In this document: positions 12,232 to 23,380 of the stretch, piece after piece | Layout: every line of letters begins with the position of its first letter | Position numbering within the stretch: the stretch's first letter is position 1 | Source: Phoronis australis | Lineage: Eukaryota; Animalia; Phoronida | Length of the DNA: 52,869 bases | NCBI GenBank assembly: GCA_002633005.1 | Contig: NMRA01000721.1 | Location: 16,662 to 69,530 of the forward strand | Direction: 5' to 3' | The notes under the pieces: generated by a model | Database searches by the model: none | Told to the model about the DNA's origin: nothing | Seen by the model: only the letters and a program-made list of their open reading frames with translations | Made by a program: the position numbers and the translations under genes

Positions 12232-13439
12232 CTTCTTTCAATGTGCCTTTGAATCTGTGCCAACTCTGTGCGACGGGACTGTTATTTTCAGGTTGTGATT
12301 CGTTATTGTAAAAACCCATTGACGTCATTTGTGTTACCATTGGAGATACATGTACTCGATTCTTGTTTGACGATCGATCAACCGTGTGTGATAAGGAATG
12401 CTGAGTACATCGAGTTGTTTACACCGTCCAGGCATACTAGTAGGTTTCGTTATTGGAGGGCTAGGTTCTAGATTTCTGATTCTCACCTATGGTATCCATG
12501 CACCCCGTCTTTGTTGTCACCGATCCCCTGATTGTTGACAGTTTCAAAGTTCTCCCCATTGTGTCGCGATCTTTCATATTTGATGGAATATCGAACAGAA
12601 AACCTCACAGAAAGAACCATAATACCCTTTACACCTACGGGCCATTCGCGTAATGGACGTTTTGGGGAGTATGCTATTGATATGTCCTTAATTAGCCCGA
12701 GAACAGATGGCACTGACGGCAGTTTTCACGTTAATAACCAGTGACACGCCGCAATGTTCAATGCACGTTCAATAATTTCTTCAGTTTTGTTGGTCAGAGG
12801 GTCTTGTTGGTTGGTCTCATTTTGTTGATGTTGGACTCATCAACACATCGCAGGGGTTGAACATCTTGTTATTTTTCATGTTTCTATTGCTAACCTGTCT
12901 TCACTGACTGATATTTTGCATCACTGTGCACTTCACACTTATTAAGTGCAGTATGTTCAGTTTTGACTCCGATACACCGTGTGCAAGTTGTTTGTGACAA
13001 ATTTGAATTATTTTTCAAAGTTACTTTCTGAATACTCAACATCGTTTTCTGTTTAATGCGTTTTTGAGTCAATGTGGCTATTTGGCATAAAAGTGTTTAT
13101 TTGCTTAGATTTTATGGTTTTCATTTCATATTAGCTAACTAAAACCTCAAAAAGTAAAAATGCATTGAGGGGACTCTTTAAAAAATGTCATGGAATTACA
13201 AAAATATGTTTAATATTCTGTGTTATTGTGAATATTATTAATATTGTTATTTTAACACAAAGCTTCATTTTGAAGAAATGTATATACATAGCAAAAGTAA
13301 CCCATCGGACAAAACCCGAACAAACAGTTTGAGATCAAGTTTGTAATAGTTGGTGAGTTGCCAAAATTAATGGCGGAACGTGTGATTACAGTGGCTTTAA
13401 AAACTGTCTTGGTGCCAAAGTCAGGAGGCACATGCTCCT

Positions 13440-13700
13440 CAAAGGTTTGCGAAATTCCAAGCTAAAAATTGGAATGCAATTTCAATTCACTGCCTGATTA
13501 AGAAGATGAATTACTAGGCTAGGTATAAGTACCAAATTTTCACCGAAAAATACCAACAGAATGTTTAAAATCAACACCCCTGGTATTATATAACAGCTAA
13601 AACTGAAATATTACAGCTGCTTATGCATTTTTGACAACAAGGGCTAATTTCCATTCAACTGCTGTCAATTAGGGACAGTCACTCAGTCGTGGTTGTCTCA
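13440..13700 (+). pseudogene. Possible relic of a Helitron PIF1-helicase C-terminus
   Basis: Degenerate KLKIG...TRL...(Q)FP...GQSLSR motifs in the expected order; heavily disrupted. Confidence 0.3.
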
Positions 13701-16279
13701 ACACCAAGAATTATATCATTGAAACTAAAATTCACCGCATTGTTAAATGATTGTTTAAAAAGTTTATTGAGACAACAATGCGTTTAAAGTAATGACAATT
13801 GACTTTGATTTATAATTAGACGAGTGTACAATTAAGGTTGACTTATTTTACCCATTTAAATTTTAGTTAACATGATCACATTCATTGAATATACGAACAT
13901 TTAAATCGAACAACCACAAGAGCTTTGTAGAACGCTTTGATCTGAATTCTTCAGGCTATTAATAATTATTACACATGGGGTTTTTAAACAAAACGTTGAT
14001 TCAACGTGGGACGCAAAGATTATTTTCCGCACAATCTCGACACTCATTAGGGACATACACTTCCTGGTTCATGAAATCTGGTGGCCTGCTGCAAATTGCG
14101 CGCGGTCAGGACAGCAGGTGTAGAATGTTGGTCAATGTGCTTTGTCAAGATTCTCCATTTAGATGTTTTCAGTAGATTTCTTATTAAAAATTTAGAAATT
14201 TTTCTATTACGCCTGCTACACCTATTTATGACTCTGAGTAGTGTACATCCTTAAAAAGGTTGGTTGTGATTGTGGTCAAAGACCATCAACTCTACCAGAA
14301 AATATATAATATAAGTTCTATCATACATAAAACTTTTACAAGAGGGCCTTTAGTAGTCACCGTCTCGTTCGTGACGTCGACTGGTTATTGTGATTTCACT
14401 TCTCTCCCAGTTTTTCGGTAAATATTACTCCACTTCAAAGTGAATTTTCTTAAAAATGTCCAGCTCTAAATATAGTAACCTCTTAGATTTTAGGAACTCT
14501 CTACTAAATGACATAAACACACCAGGAGAAAACTGCCGCTTTGCGTGGAGTACTGGTGTACTACCAATGTCAGCGGCAACTGCACACATTTGCACACACC
14601 CCCCCCCCCTCCCCCAATCCCTTCGTATGCCCTGCGTGAAATAAATTCGTACATCCACGACAAGAACTGACTACAAAATTTCCAAACAGCAAGATTTCTT
14701 GTAGACTAGGAAGCAAAGCTACGTACAAAATTTACAGTTTGCGCCGATGTGAATGAAAACGATTAAAGAAAATCTGAAACAAATGTAGTGTCATTAAAAG
14801 CTATACCACTCTTCTTTGAAGAAACCCAATTATTTGCAAGTGTTGAAAAAATTGGGGTTCTACCGTTCATCTACTTGTAAAATTGAAGTGTGGTCTTGTA
14901 AATCGGCTTTCGGCGATGACGTCACCTGACCTGAACAGTTCTCTTCCCTCGTTTATTCTTCTATCAACTGTTCTTCGCCTCGAGGTTGCGTACTATGCAT
15001 GTCAAAGAAGTGGTCGGAACTGGTTTCATTTCGTTACAGTTGTTTAGTATTTTCAAGACCAGCGAACTGAATGTTAGAACAAACTTTGCTGCTGCGAAGC
15101 TGTCATGGTGTCCAAAGAGATGTTTCAAATTTTTAGGACGGCGCGTGCGCCCGTCACGAGCCTATTGTCTGTTTTCAAACCGACGACAGACTTTCTTTGT
15201 TATAAAACACAAAATGGGGAGAATTATTCTGGAAAATGACGTTCTTTAGCTTTCTTTCACTGACTTAAGCGGCTGGCAACGGGCAAGGTCAGTGTCGGGA
15301 AAATCTCTCCTAGATTTTGCATGCAGCCCGTCTGTGGTTGGCTCTGCGATACATGTATAAGTTTCACGACGAGGTGAGCAACAGTACTCATACCTGGCGT
15401 GCATGAAGTTTCGTTGTCTAACGGAGCTCAATTGACAGTGCCACGTAGGCCAAGCTGTATTTTCGCGATATAGTCGGTGGGCCAGATCTCATAGCGTTCG
15501 TCCTTGTGNGGGGGGGGGGCAACCCAGTTTTTTCTATGTGGCTACATGTAGATAATATACCTGTAAATCAAATTCCAAAAACTTCCCACGTCTACACTTG
15601 CACATTTTTTTAAAGGTGTTTTTGTTGCACAAAATATGATGCATATTCCTGCCACTTGAATGCGCTTTTCTATTAAATTGATCAATCAGAGAGCCAGATT
15701 GTATTGTTGTGCTTAGTTACTTCAATATGGCTGCTCCCATGGGGTGTGATGCCTATACTATTCAAGGTTTATCAAACAGCACAAAATTGTGATGTCAGAG
15801 CCTAAAGAAGCTTAGGAAAGCTTCCTGACGAAAGCTGAGTGACTGTGGAACTCTGTAGATCAGTAGATCAAAAAGAAGAAGAGGTGTCACAAACGTTTGT
15901 GCAGAAAACAACTGCATGTCCTGGTAGCCTACACAGTATACTGCTGAGTGCTGTAGACTAGAAAACCAAGTGTCAGACAAAAATTGAAAGGACATAGAAC
16001 GGCACAGCAACGTTTCAAGGCACCAAGAGTAGTACTAAAACTAAAGTTGCTGAAAGTGATACAGATGTTATCCAAGATTTCCCAAGAAAATCAATTATAC
16101 TTCCAAAATCTGAAACAACCAAATAACAGTGAACAAGATAGGAACATTCTGAAACATGGGTGCATCAGTTGTTAGCAGGAAAAGTACATTATGGGCCACA
16201 TTTCAAGAAAGAGAAAGAAGTATAGCTTTCAAAAACAGGCACGTGTTTTTAAAAAATACATCTTGGTGCTTTCCATGTG

Positions 16280-16590
16280 TGTTTCAGTATTATCACTAGT
16301 TGTTTTTTAACTTGTTCAGCCCCTTGCCTGCCTAGGCCTTAGACAATACTGCTGACACAGTAGAGACGATGATCATACCATAGGTACTCCATATGTCGGA
16401 TACTTTTCGGCAAATTATGCTCCTATAAGTTTAGAAGTACTGCGCAGAGAGATGCCTCTGAGGAGGTTGTTAATGTTTTCATTTGTTCCAAGCTTAAATA
16501 AATACTCCTGCAATTCTGTTTTTCGAACACTCCATTCAGTTGCCACATCGACACTGCTTGCGCTAAGGGATACTCCTATGGCGTTATACT
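16280..16590 (-). pseudogene. Possible hAT transposase C-terminal relic
   Basis: VDVATEWSVRKTELQEY...FAEKYPT, then VSTVS...LNKLK in a shifted frame; loosely matches the hAT dimerisation region. Confidence 0.3.
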
Positions 16591-17239
16591 GTGGGTGTGA
16601 TTTTAAAGCATTTTAAGTCAAACAAATTTTGAGAAGGTTAAACGAAGTAGATGGTTGCAAACAACATCCCCAAGTGGCCGTCATCCCCTGCCGTAGTCTC
16701 AATTTTTTTGTAAACATTAATTACTTAGGTAGCTGCAATGATAATTAAATTAAATTGCCTAAGTGGCCATCGTCGCTGTCGAAATTTGAGGACGATGGAA
16801 GCCACTGTCTATTTCGTCAAACGTCGATTACCTTAAGTGTAAATCGATTGACTATGGTTTGAGCATCTGATTTAAAAAAATAAATTTTAATCACTGCACT
16901 GGTATATCAGCTGATTTATTTTCAGTTGCATCAAGTGATCTAATTATTAGACGATCAACATTATTTGGCTACAGATCAGACGGCATGTAAATTTGTTAGG
17001 CTGGTGGTGGATCAGTTCCTGATTAGTCCGTCTGAAAACGTTGCATGCCAACTCACTCATAGTTGAAAGTTAAATTAGTGTTAACAGTTCGGGTTTTTTT
17101 CAGTTGGACTTGTATCACAAGCAACAGCTCAGTCCAGAGCCCTGAATATGCAAATGAAATTCAACGATAAATACCTTGTGTCTTAGAAGCCAAGTGCCAC
17201 AGATCACCATGCTATAAAAATAGAAAGACAACGACTGTG

Positions 17240-17400
17240 AAGAGTGACGAATTCACAGTTTTCAGAGATGTTTTTTCTACAGTTTTATTTGGAGTTCATT
17301 CAATCAAAGCTTCTAACACAAGGATATGTCATTTGCCTTTCAAAACTAAAACTGTCTTTGAAGCTGTTCTTCAGAAAGCTGGTGTGCATGAAGTTATTTG
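17240..17400 (+). pseudogene. Penelope-like element RT C-terminal fragment
   Basis: SQF....YLEFIQSKLLTQGY....KLKLSLKLFFRK resembles the SQLIR..Y.DF...KLL.QGY...LK.SLKKFF motif of Naiad/Chlamys-type PLE reverse transcriptases. Confidence 0.5.
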
Positions 17401-17769
17401 GACAGGCAATCTTAAGAAATATTGTTGAAGCTACTCACTGTTGTAGTTTGTGCCCGACTAAGAGATACGAAAGCGAATTGAGGCTAGTGTTCAATAATTC
17501 ACTTGCTGACTCTAATTAACACAGCCCATTATAACATACTTTGAATCAAACGTTTGCCCAAATAATGCCCGCCTCCAAACAAGGACTTAGTGTTTGATCC
17601 TTCATTGCCTGCGGGCTAATCACCAGTGTGCAGTGCTGTACCCTCTCTAATCGACCATATTTGGCTCCTTGGCGGTGGAGCTTTGCAGTTAATATGTATG
17701 GCAATGACGGCATCTCCATTGACAGTACTAAACGATGAGCGCTACTATTGTTTTGTAGACCCTTACAAA

Positions 17770-18055
17770 AATGAACTTAAGTTTTCATCGAAAAACTTAA
17801 GTTTTTGGTCTGAAACACTTAAGTTTTCATTCCCGAAAACTTAAGTTTTTGGCAAAAACTTAAGTATTTTGGAACAAGTTTTTTGGAACGAACTTAAGTT
17901 TTCATAACTTAAGTTTTCAAAAACTTAAGTTTTTCAAAAACTTAAGTTCTGAAAACTTAAGTTGTTGAAAAACTTAAGTTCTGAAAACTTAAGTTATTCA
18001 AAAACTTAAGTTTTCTGAAAACTTAAGTTTTGAAAACTTAAGTTCGTTCCAAAAA
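17770..18055. repeat. Left subterminal array of palindrome AAACTTAAGTTT
   Basis: More than a dozen ACTTAAGT cores at roughly 15-25 bp spacing. Confidence 0.95.
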
Positions 18056-18468
18056 NACAGCAATGACACCAAGAATAACAAATCACTTAATATGCAAAAT
18101 CCAAGAATATCCGCAGAGACAAAAGCATAACATAAAACGTAACAGGTAACTAAAAGTTTATCGACAATGGCCACGGGTCTGATTTTGGGAAGTACAATCC
18201 TTATGCTAGAAATAGTGCCTAGAAATGACTAGAATCACCTATAATTGTTTGCAACCTTAAAAATATCAATTTAAAAGTCAAAGTTTCGTTTTGTTGACAA
18301 TCATAATAACAGTAAATCCAATACACTCCATGGTGCAAACAAGTTTCACTAAAAGTAACCCTAAGTACAACCTGGTTATACGAGATGGAAATTAGAAAAC
18401 TTAGACCTTTGACCACAAAAATATTCTTTTTCCTGTAATTTAAAGCTACTGAACTTCATACACATATA

Positions 18469-18965
18469 GGGCCTTTCATACTAACATAGACGCGTCGACG
18501 TTTTTGGGAGTTAATGTCAGTTTGAACGCTTAAACTTTGGTCCTGGAAGGAAGTTAACAGCGCCAGTTAACTTCGCACTAAACAGGTGGATTTAATTGCT
18601 TAGCGTCAATGCTGCCACGCAGTATAAACGATCAACTTCAGTCCTATCGAAGTTATTGCCAGGGGCCACTGTTATCATTAACAAATTCACAGTAGTGTGA
18701 TGGCAAATAGTTGCTTATACCTTGCTATAATAATCACCAATCAATTTAAAAATACGTTTTATGTCAATTAACACACGTAGATGTTCCCAAGTTGTCACAT
18801 CTTAGCGTGCAGTGCTACCTTGCGATACCTTCGATCACGACAGCGTCACCTACTGTTTACTTTGAAATTCTTTAACTACGGAAGCCAGAATGAACGGTCC
18901 AGTTAACTTCGCAGTGTACGCCGATGCTCCGCTCAGACAAGAGTTAAGTCAATGTGAAAGGGCCC
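18469..18965. mobile_element. Harbinger-like MITE nested in the CACTA element
   Basis: GGGCCTTTCATACT ... AATGTGAAAGGGCCC imperfect TIRs with TA on both sides. Confidence 0.65.
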
Positions 18966-20264
18966 TATGGTAGACCACAAGACACTTAATCTTCTTTAGC
19001 TGGATCTGCTCGCTTTGCTTCACAGGCAAATAATCCATGTTTTGTGACTACAAGCGCGCATTTCTGAGCTCAGACAACTGAATTCATAGGTTCATGAGCT
19101 GCAGTTCGTAAGGGCGTACGTTGCGTTGTCTGGTGTCTTGTTGAAGGCACACTCTGCAATAAAGACAAAAAAATTTAATAACAGATGGGTAAAAGCTATC
19201 AGTATAAGACAACTTAACTTGCTGGATATTTATCGTGCTGTTTTTACAACGCTGATTTGTAAAACTTCCTGACTTATATACAGAGCCTAGAAAATAGTCT
19301 TCAAATTTAACCAATCACTCTCCAGGATTCAAGTGCAAGACTAGTCTGCACGTTTACTTCAAGCATGCACTGAAATGGGTCAGTTTTCCACATAGTGTTT
19401 TGAATGAAGTTTTCATCCTGGATTCGCGACATTCAAAACAATTTTATTCTATACAACTTGAATACAAAACATGCACATGGTCACCTATCATGCTATCACA
19501 ATCTAGAACAAACCGTGCATATGACAAAACTTAATGTGTTAATAAAAGTTGGACTTCAGGCTAAAAAGGTATCGTATCCTGTAACTTTTTAGTTCAAGTT
19601 CTATGACAAATTAATTAATATTTTTATCAAATGATGAAACTGTTGGCAACTGCAATAAACTACAATTCCCATTATTTTAATGAACTTTTCATTTTTTAAT
19701 TCGCTAATCTGATAAGAAAATGCACAACTCTACATAATGAGCAGAGCTAGTTGTATTCTAACTAGCTGTCTCCAGCCAGCATAGAACTTCTTACTAATGT
19801 TTCATGGACATTTAGCCGGCACAACCAGGGTTAGAACTGAAAGTTTAATCTCACATGTATACTTTCGCGTGTACTTTTTGAAACTTATAGCAAAATCAAG
19901 AAGCTTTACACTGACTTGACCAAATGGCCACAAGAATCAGTGAGCTTGTTAAAGATTATAAGCCCATTGGCTAAACCAAGGACATATTTCATATTGTTTC
20001 AAATTCAAACCCTGATAGCAGCACTATTTTTAACTCAACAATGAAACATATGAAGCTCTACCTGCCATGTGGATGTAGACAGCCCAATACCACCCCTGGG
20101 TGATTGTTTCGATGCAAATTTTTGGATGTCTAGTTCTTCCAAGTACTCCGCCAAGTTTATAGAGACCTGAAAACAAGGAGATATTAACAAACATAACAGT
20201 ATGTGATAGCTTCTTAAGAATCCAGACATAACCCATTTACAGGGAATGCTATCCATGTAAAGAT

Positions 20265-20428
20265 CAAGGGCGGTCGGGCGGATCCAGGATTTTGATTTGG
20301 GGGGCTAGGGCAGAGTAGGGTTTTGCCCATCAGACATTCACCCCCTGCCCCCCAACTGCCAACTGATCTTGTAGCGTTTTAGGGGGCCGCGGCCATGGCC
20401 TCTTAGCTGTCCTCTGAATCCACGATTG
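20265..20428. mobile_element. GC-rich MITE with 5-bp TSD
   Basis: CAAGGGCGG..GGATCCAGG ... CTGAATCCACGATTG; AAGAT on both sides. Confidence 0.75.
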
Positions 20429-21120
20429 AAGATACTGGCATGGTCTTCACGAGAGGTCTTATGTAACCACAAAAGTTTACAGTAAAAATAAAATTATTAT
20501 CTCATGCACTACAGTAAACATAAAAATACTATATCCTGTCCTACCAATCACTTTACTGGCTGACATTTGCAAAGATATTAAATTGAGGTTCCAATCAAAT
20601 TTCTAGAGGGAAAAGAATATGCCCCTACAGACATGAGGAGATCATTCTAGTCAGTCCATATTCACCTCAACTCAACTCCTAGGTAAAGTTGTACCCAGAT
20701 TAACTATCACTTTCACCATGACTCTGAAATATTTGAAACCAGTCGAACTTGCACTGAATGTGAAAATTTTAAGTGCGACATTCTAGTATCCCACAACCCG
20801 GTAAAAATTCGAAAGCACATACTCAATCCCAAAGTCAAATCACACAGATTTTCCTTATTTGCATTGAATTATTTGGTGCAATTAGATAGGAAATATGCAA
20901 ATTTCACTGTGCGTAACAATATTTAACATGTTGACTGGTGAGAGTTCACTTGGGTACATTGTGACCTATGCCGGGGGTATTGCAGATAGGGTACTAGTAG
21001 TGGGATCGGAATGTCCTTTCGCATTCAATAACCTAGATCTTCCCGACAAACCTGAGCAAATCAGTCAAAATAGGCAATACAATAGTTATATTGGTGATTC
21101 TTAATTTTGAGAACCAGGCA

Positions 21121-21355
21121 CATGCGCGCACCCAGGGAAGGCTCGAACGAGCACCCCCCACTTGCCGAAGTAGGCATGAAAGGTCAGCATCATAGAAACA
21201 AAAAAATTGAGAAAACGAGACACATGTCCACTAAAAAGCTGTAATTCAGGAATGCACTGTGCACAGCTCTGAACATACCCCATTTTTTTAGTAAAAGGTC
21301 AACATGCCCAAAATTGTTAGCACCCCCCATATATTTTAGGATGGGTGCGTGGATG
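21121..21355. mobile_element. GC-rich MITE with 5-bp TSD (CATGCGCGCACCCAGGG family)
   Basis: CATGCGCGCACCCAG ... ATGGGTGCGTGGATG; AGGCA on both sides; same family as 38533-38758. Confidence 0.8.
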
Positions 21356-22399
21356 AGGCAAGTGAACCTTGCAAATTATTGACCTGTAGTGATATGAGAT
21401 TTCAAAATCAGGAGCTTCCAAGAATTACTACGAACATAGACATAAGCACACACAACCAATGCCAATATACCCAACTTGGGAAATGATTACACTTTGCCTT
21501 GGTAGTCCCCCCCCCCTTGCATTGATCACACTGACACAACCTCAGAAGACAGAAATATAATAGATTAATAGCTTTATGTGAACGTTATGGCTTCCTCTGA
21601 TGGACCTCCAGAAGTATATTACGCGTTAGAAGTTTAGATAATTCACACACAGAATGAGTCCATGTCGGTATGTGACAGCGTGACTCGTTAGTGGCTGACA
21701 ATAACAACTGAACTTAACACGTTCGTTGGAAATCACACCACCCATTGTTGCCAATCGATTTTAGAACGCTCTCTGGCACTAACCTGACTTCCAAAACTTG
21801 TGAAATGTCTTCTTGCTGGCTCTGCCCGTAGTAATATAAACTTCATTGTCGCGGGCTAGCCAACACACGACTTTTTCTTCGAAGTTGACTGTCGTTATAA
21901 AATTCAAACTGTTGACTTCCGGTGGAAACTGCCTTACGAATACAACTCAACACAAAGGAAACTTGCACAATAACTACGTTTTTTTAAGAATTGCATGAGT
22001 TCTATTGATTAAATTGTACTGACCAGGTCAGTGTCTCAGGGGATTAACACTGGGTGCATTCTTACTGCTGTTGGTCATCGGATGTTCGTCTACATTTAAA
22101 TTCACGCGCGATTATGATTACGTAATTGCACTAAATCAGTACTGGTTAAACTTTCGTCCTTTTACGGTTTGCATCTATATAAATGTTAAGGAAACATTTG
22201 GGCAACATTTTTATGAGATGATGGGTTTTGCATGAGCAAATAATTATTTTTTGTTGGAAAATAATGGGAAAAATTTTTAACCAAAAATTAAAAAAAATAT
22301 CTCACAATCTTCCAGTTTTAAAAAATAGAAAACGTTAATTTTCATCACATAGAATCCTTAGTGTTTTTAGAAAATTCAAGTTTTCCGCACACATGAAAA

Positions 22400-22875
22400 A
22401 ATCCAGTTTTCTGAAAAACTTGAGAAGTCAGGAAAACTTAAGTTTCTATAATTGGAAAAACTAAAGTTTTCGAAAAACTTAAGAAGTCAGGAAAACTTAA
22501 GTTTTTAAAATTACAAAAACTTAAGTTTTCTGATAAACTTAAGTTATCAGCAAAACTTAAGTTTTGTTAGTTCAAAAAACTTCATGAAAACTTAAGTTAT
22601 TACTTGAAACTTAAGTTTATTTGGGAAAACTTAAGTTTTACACCTGAAAAAACTTAAGTTTTCTGAAAAACTTAAGTTTTCTGAAAAACTTAACATTGTG
22701 CTGAAAAACTTAAGTTTTTGGCGAAAAACTTAAGTTTTAAAAACTTAAGTTTTTTTAAAAACTTAAGTTTTTCGGAAGAACTTAAGTTTTTCCTCTAAAA
22801 CTTAAGTTATTTTCCAAAAACTTAAGTTTTTTCGCCAAAAACTTAAGTTTTCAGCGAAAAACTTAAGTTCATTTT
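22400..22875. repeat. Right subterminal array of palindrome AAACTTAAGTTT
   Basis: About 20 AAAACTTAAGTTTT-type units leading into the right TIR. Confidence 0.95.
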
Positions 22876-23069
22876 TGTAAGGGGATACACGTATGGAGGC
22901 AACGGCTGGAGTCCAAGGGACAGATGGATATTACTTATTTACTCAACAAACATGTCCCAGATCTTGCTTTCTTATCTGTCAACTATTGATCAATATTAAC
23001 CTCACTTATACATAATACACCATCTTCACTTTGTGTATTAATTGTATTGATAAGAAGTTTTTTTTCACT

Positions 23070-23380
23070 TTATAAATTTTCTGGTCGCCGATCAATAGGC
23101 ATCTCCGCTAACGTGCACTGTTTACCTAAAACTCCCTCTCTCCGTCTGATTTTGCAACAGAGTGAAAACATTTTGCAAAAGAATTTCATCTGCTCAGTGC
23201 CCTTAGAAATACACATTGCTAATAGCTATTCGGATCCTCTTGAATCATATTTCTCCACTCAAAAGCGGGTCTCAATGCTGGTTAGTACACCGTCCGACTT
23301 CCGTCAAACTTCGTCAAAAGCGAAGTTCTTGCCCTTCCCAGAAACATTTTCAAGTTGAAACTCATTAAACATGTACAAAG
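23070..23380 (-). pseudogene. Degenerate 3' end of a CR1/L2-group LINE
   Basis: FQLEN...KSDGVLTSIETR...E*LLAMC...EQMKFF....LCCKIR resembles the S.H.L.IETGR / ERLC..C...EDE.HF..C...IR C-terminus. Confidence 0.4.

Larger units (their letters stand above)
17760..22883. mobile_element. Non-autonomous CACTA/EnSpm (CMC)-type DNA transposon, 5.1 kb
   Basis: TIR CCCTTACAAAAATGAACTTAAGTTTT at 17760 with its reverse complement ending at 22883; 2-bp TSD GA (17758-59, 22884-85); subterminal repeat arrays at both ends; no intact transposase. Confidence 0.85.

Noticed and set aside
17770-22875. Palindromic repeat arrays as a CRISPR array
   Set aside because: Spacers are short, irregular and low-complexity, there are no cas genes, and the arrays are bounded by TIRs and a TSD in a eukaryotic context.
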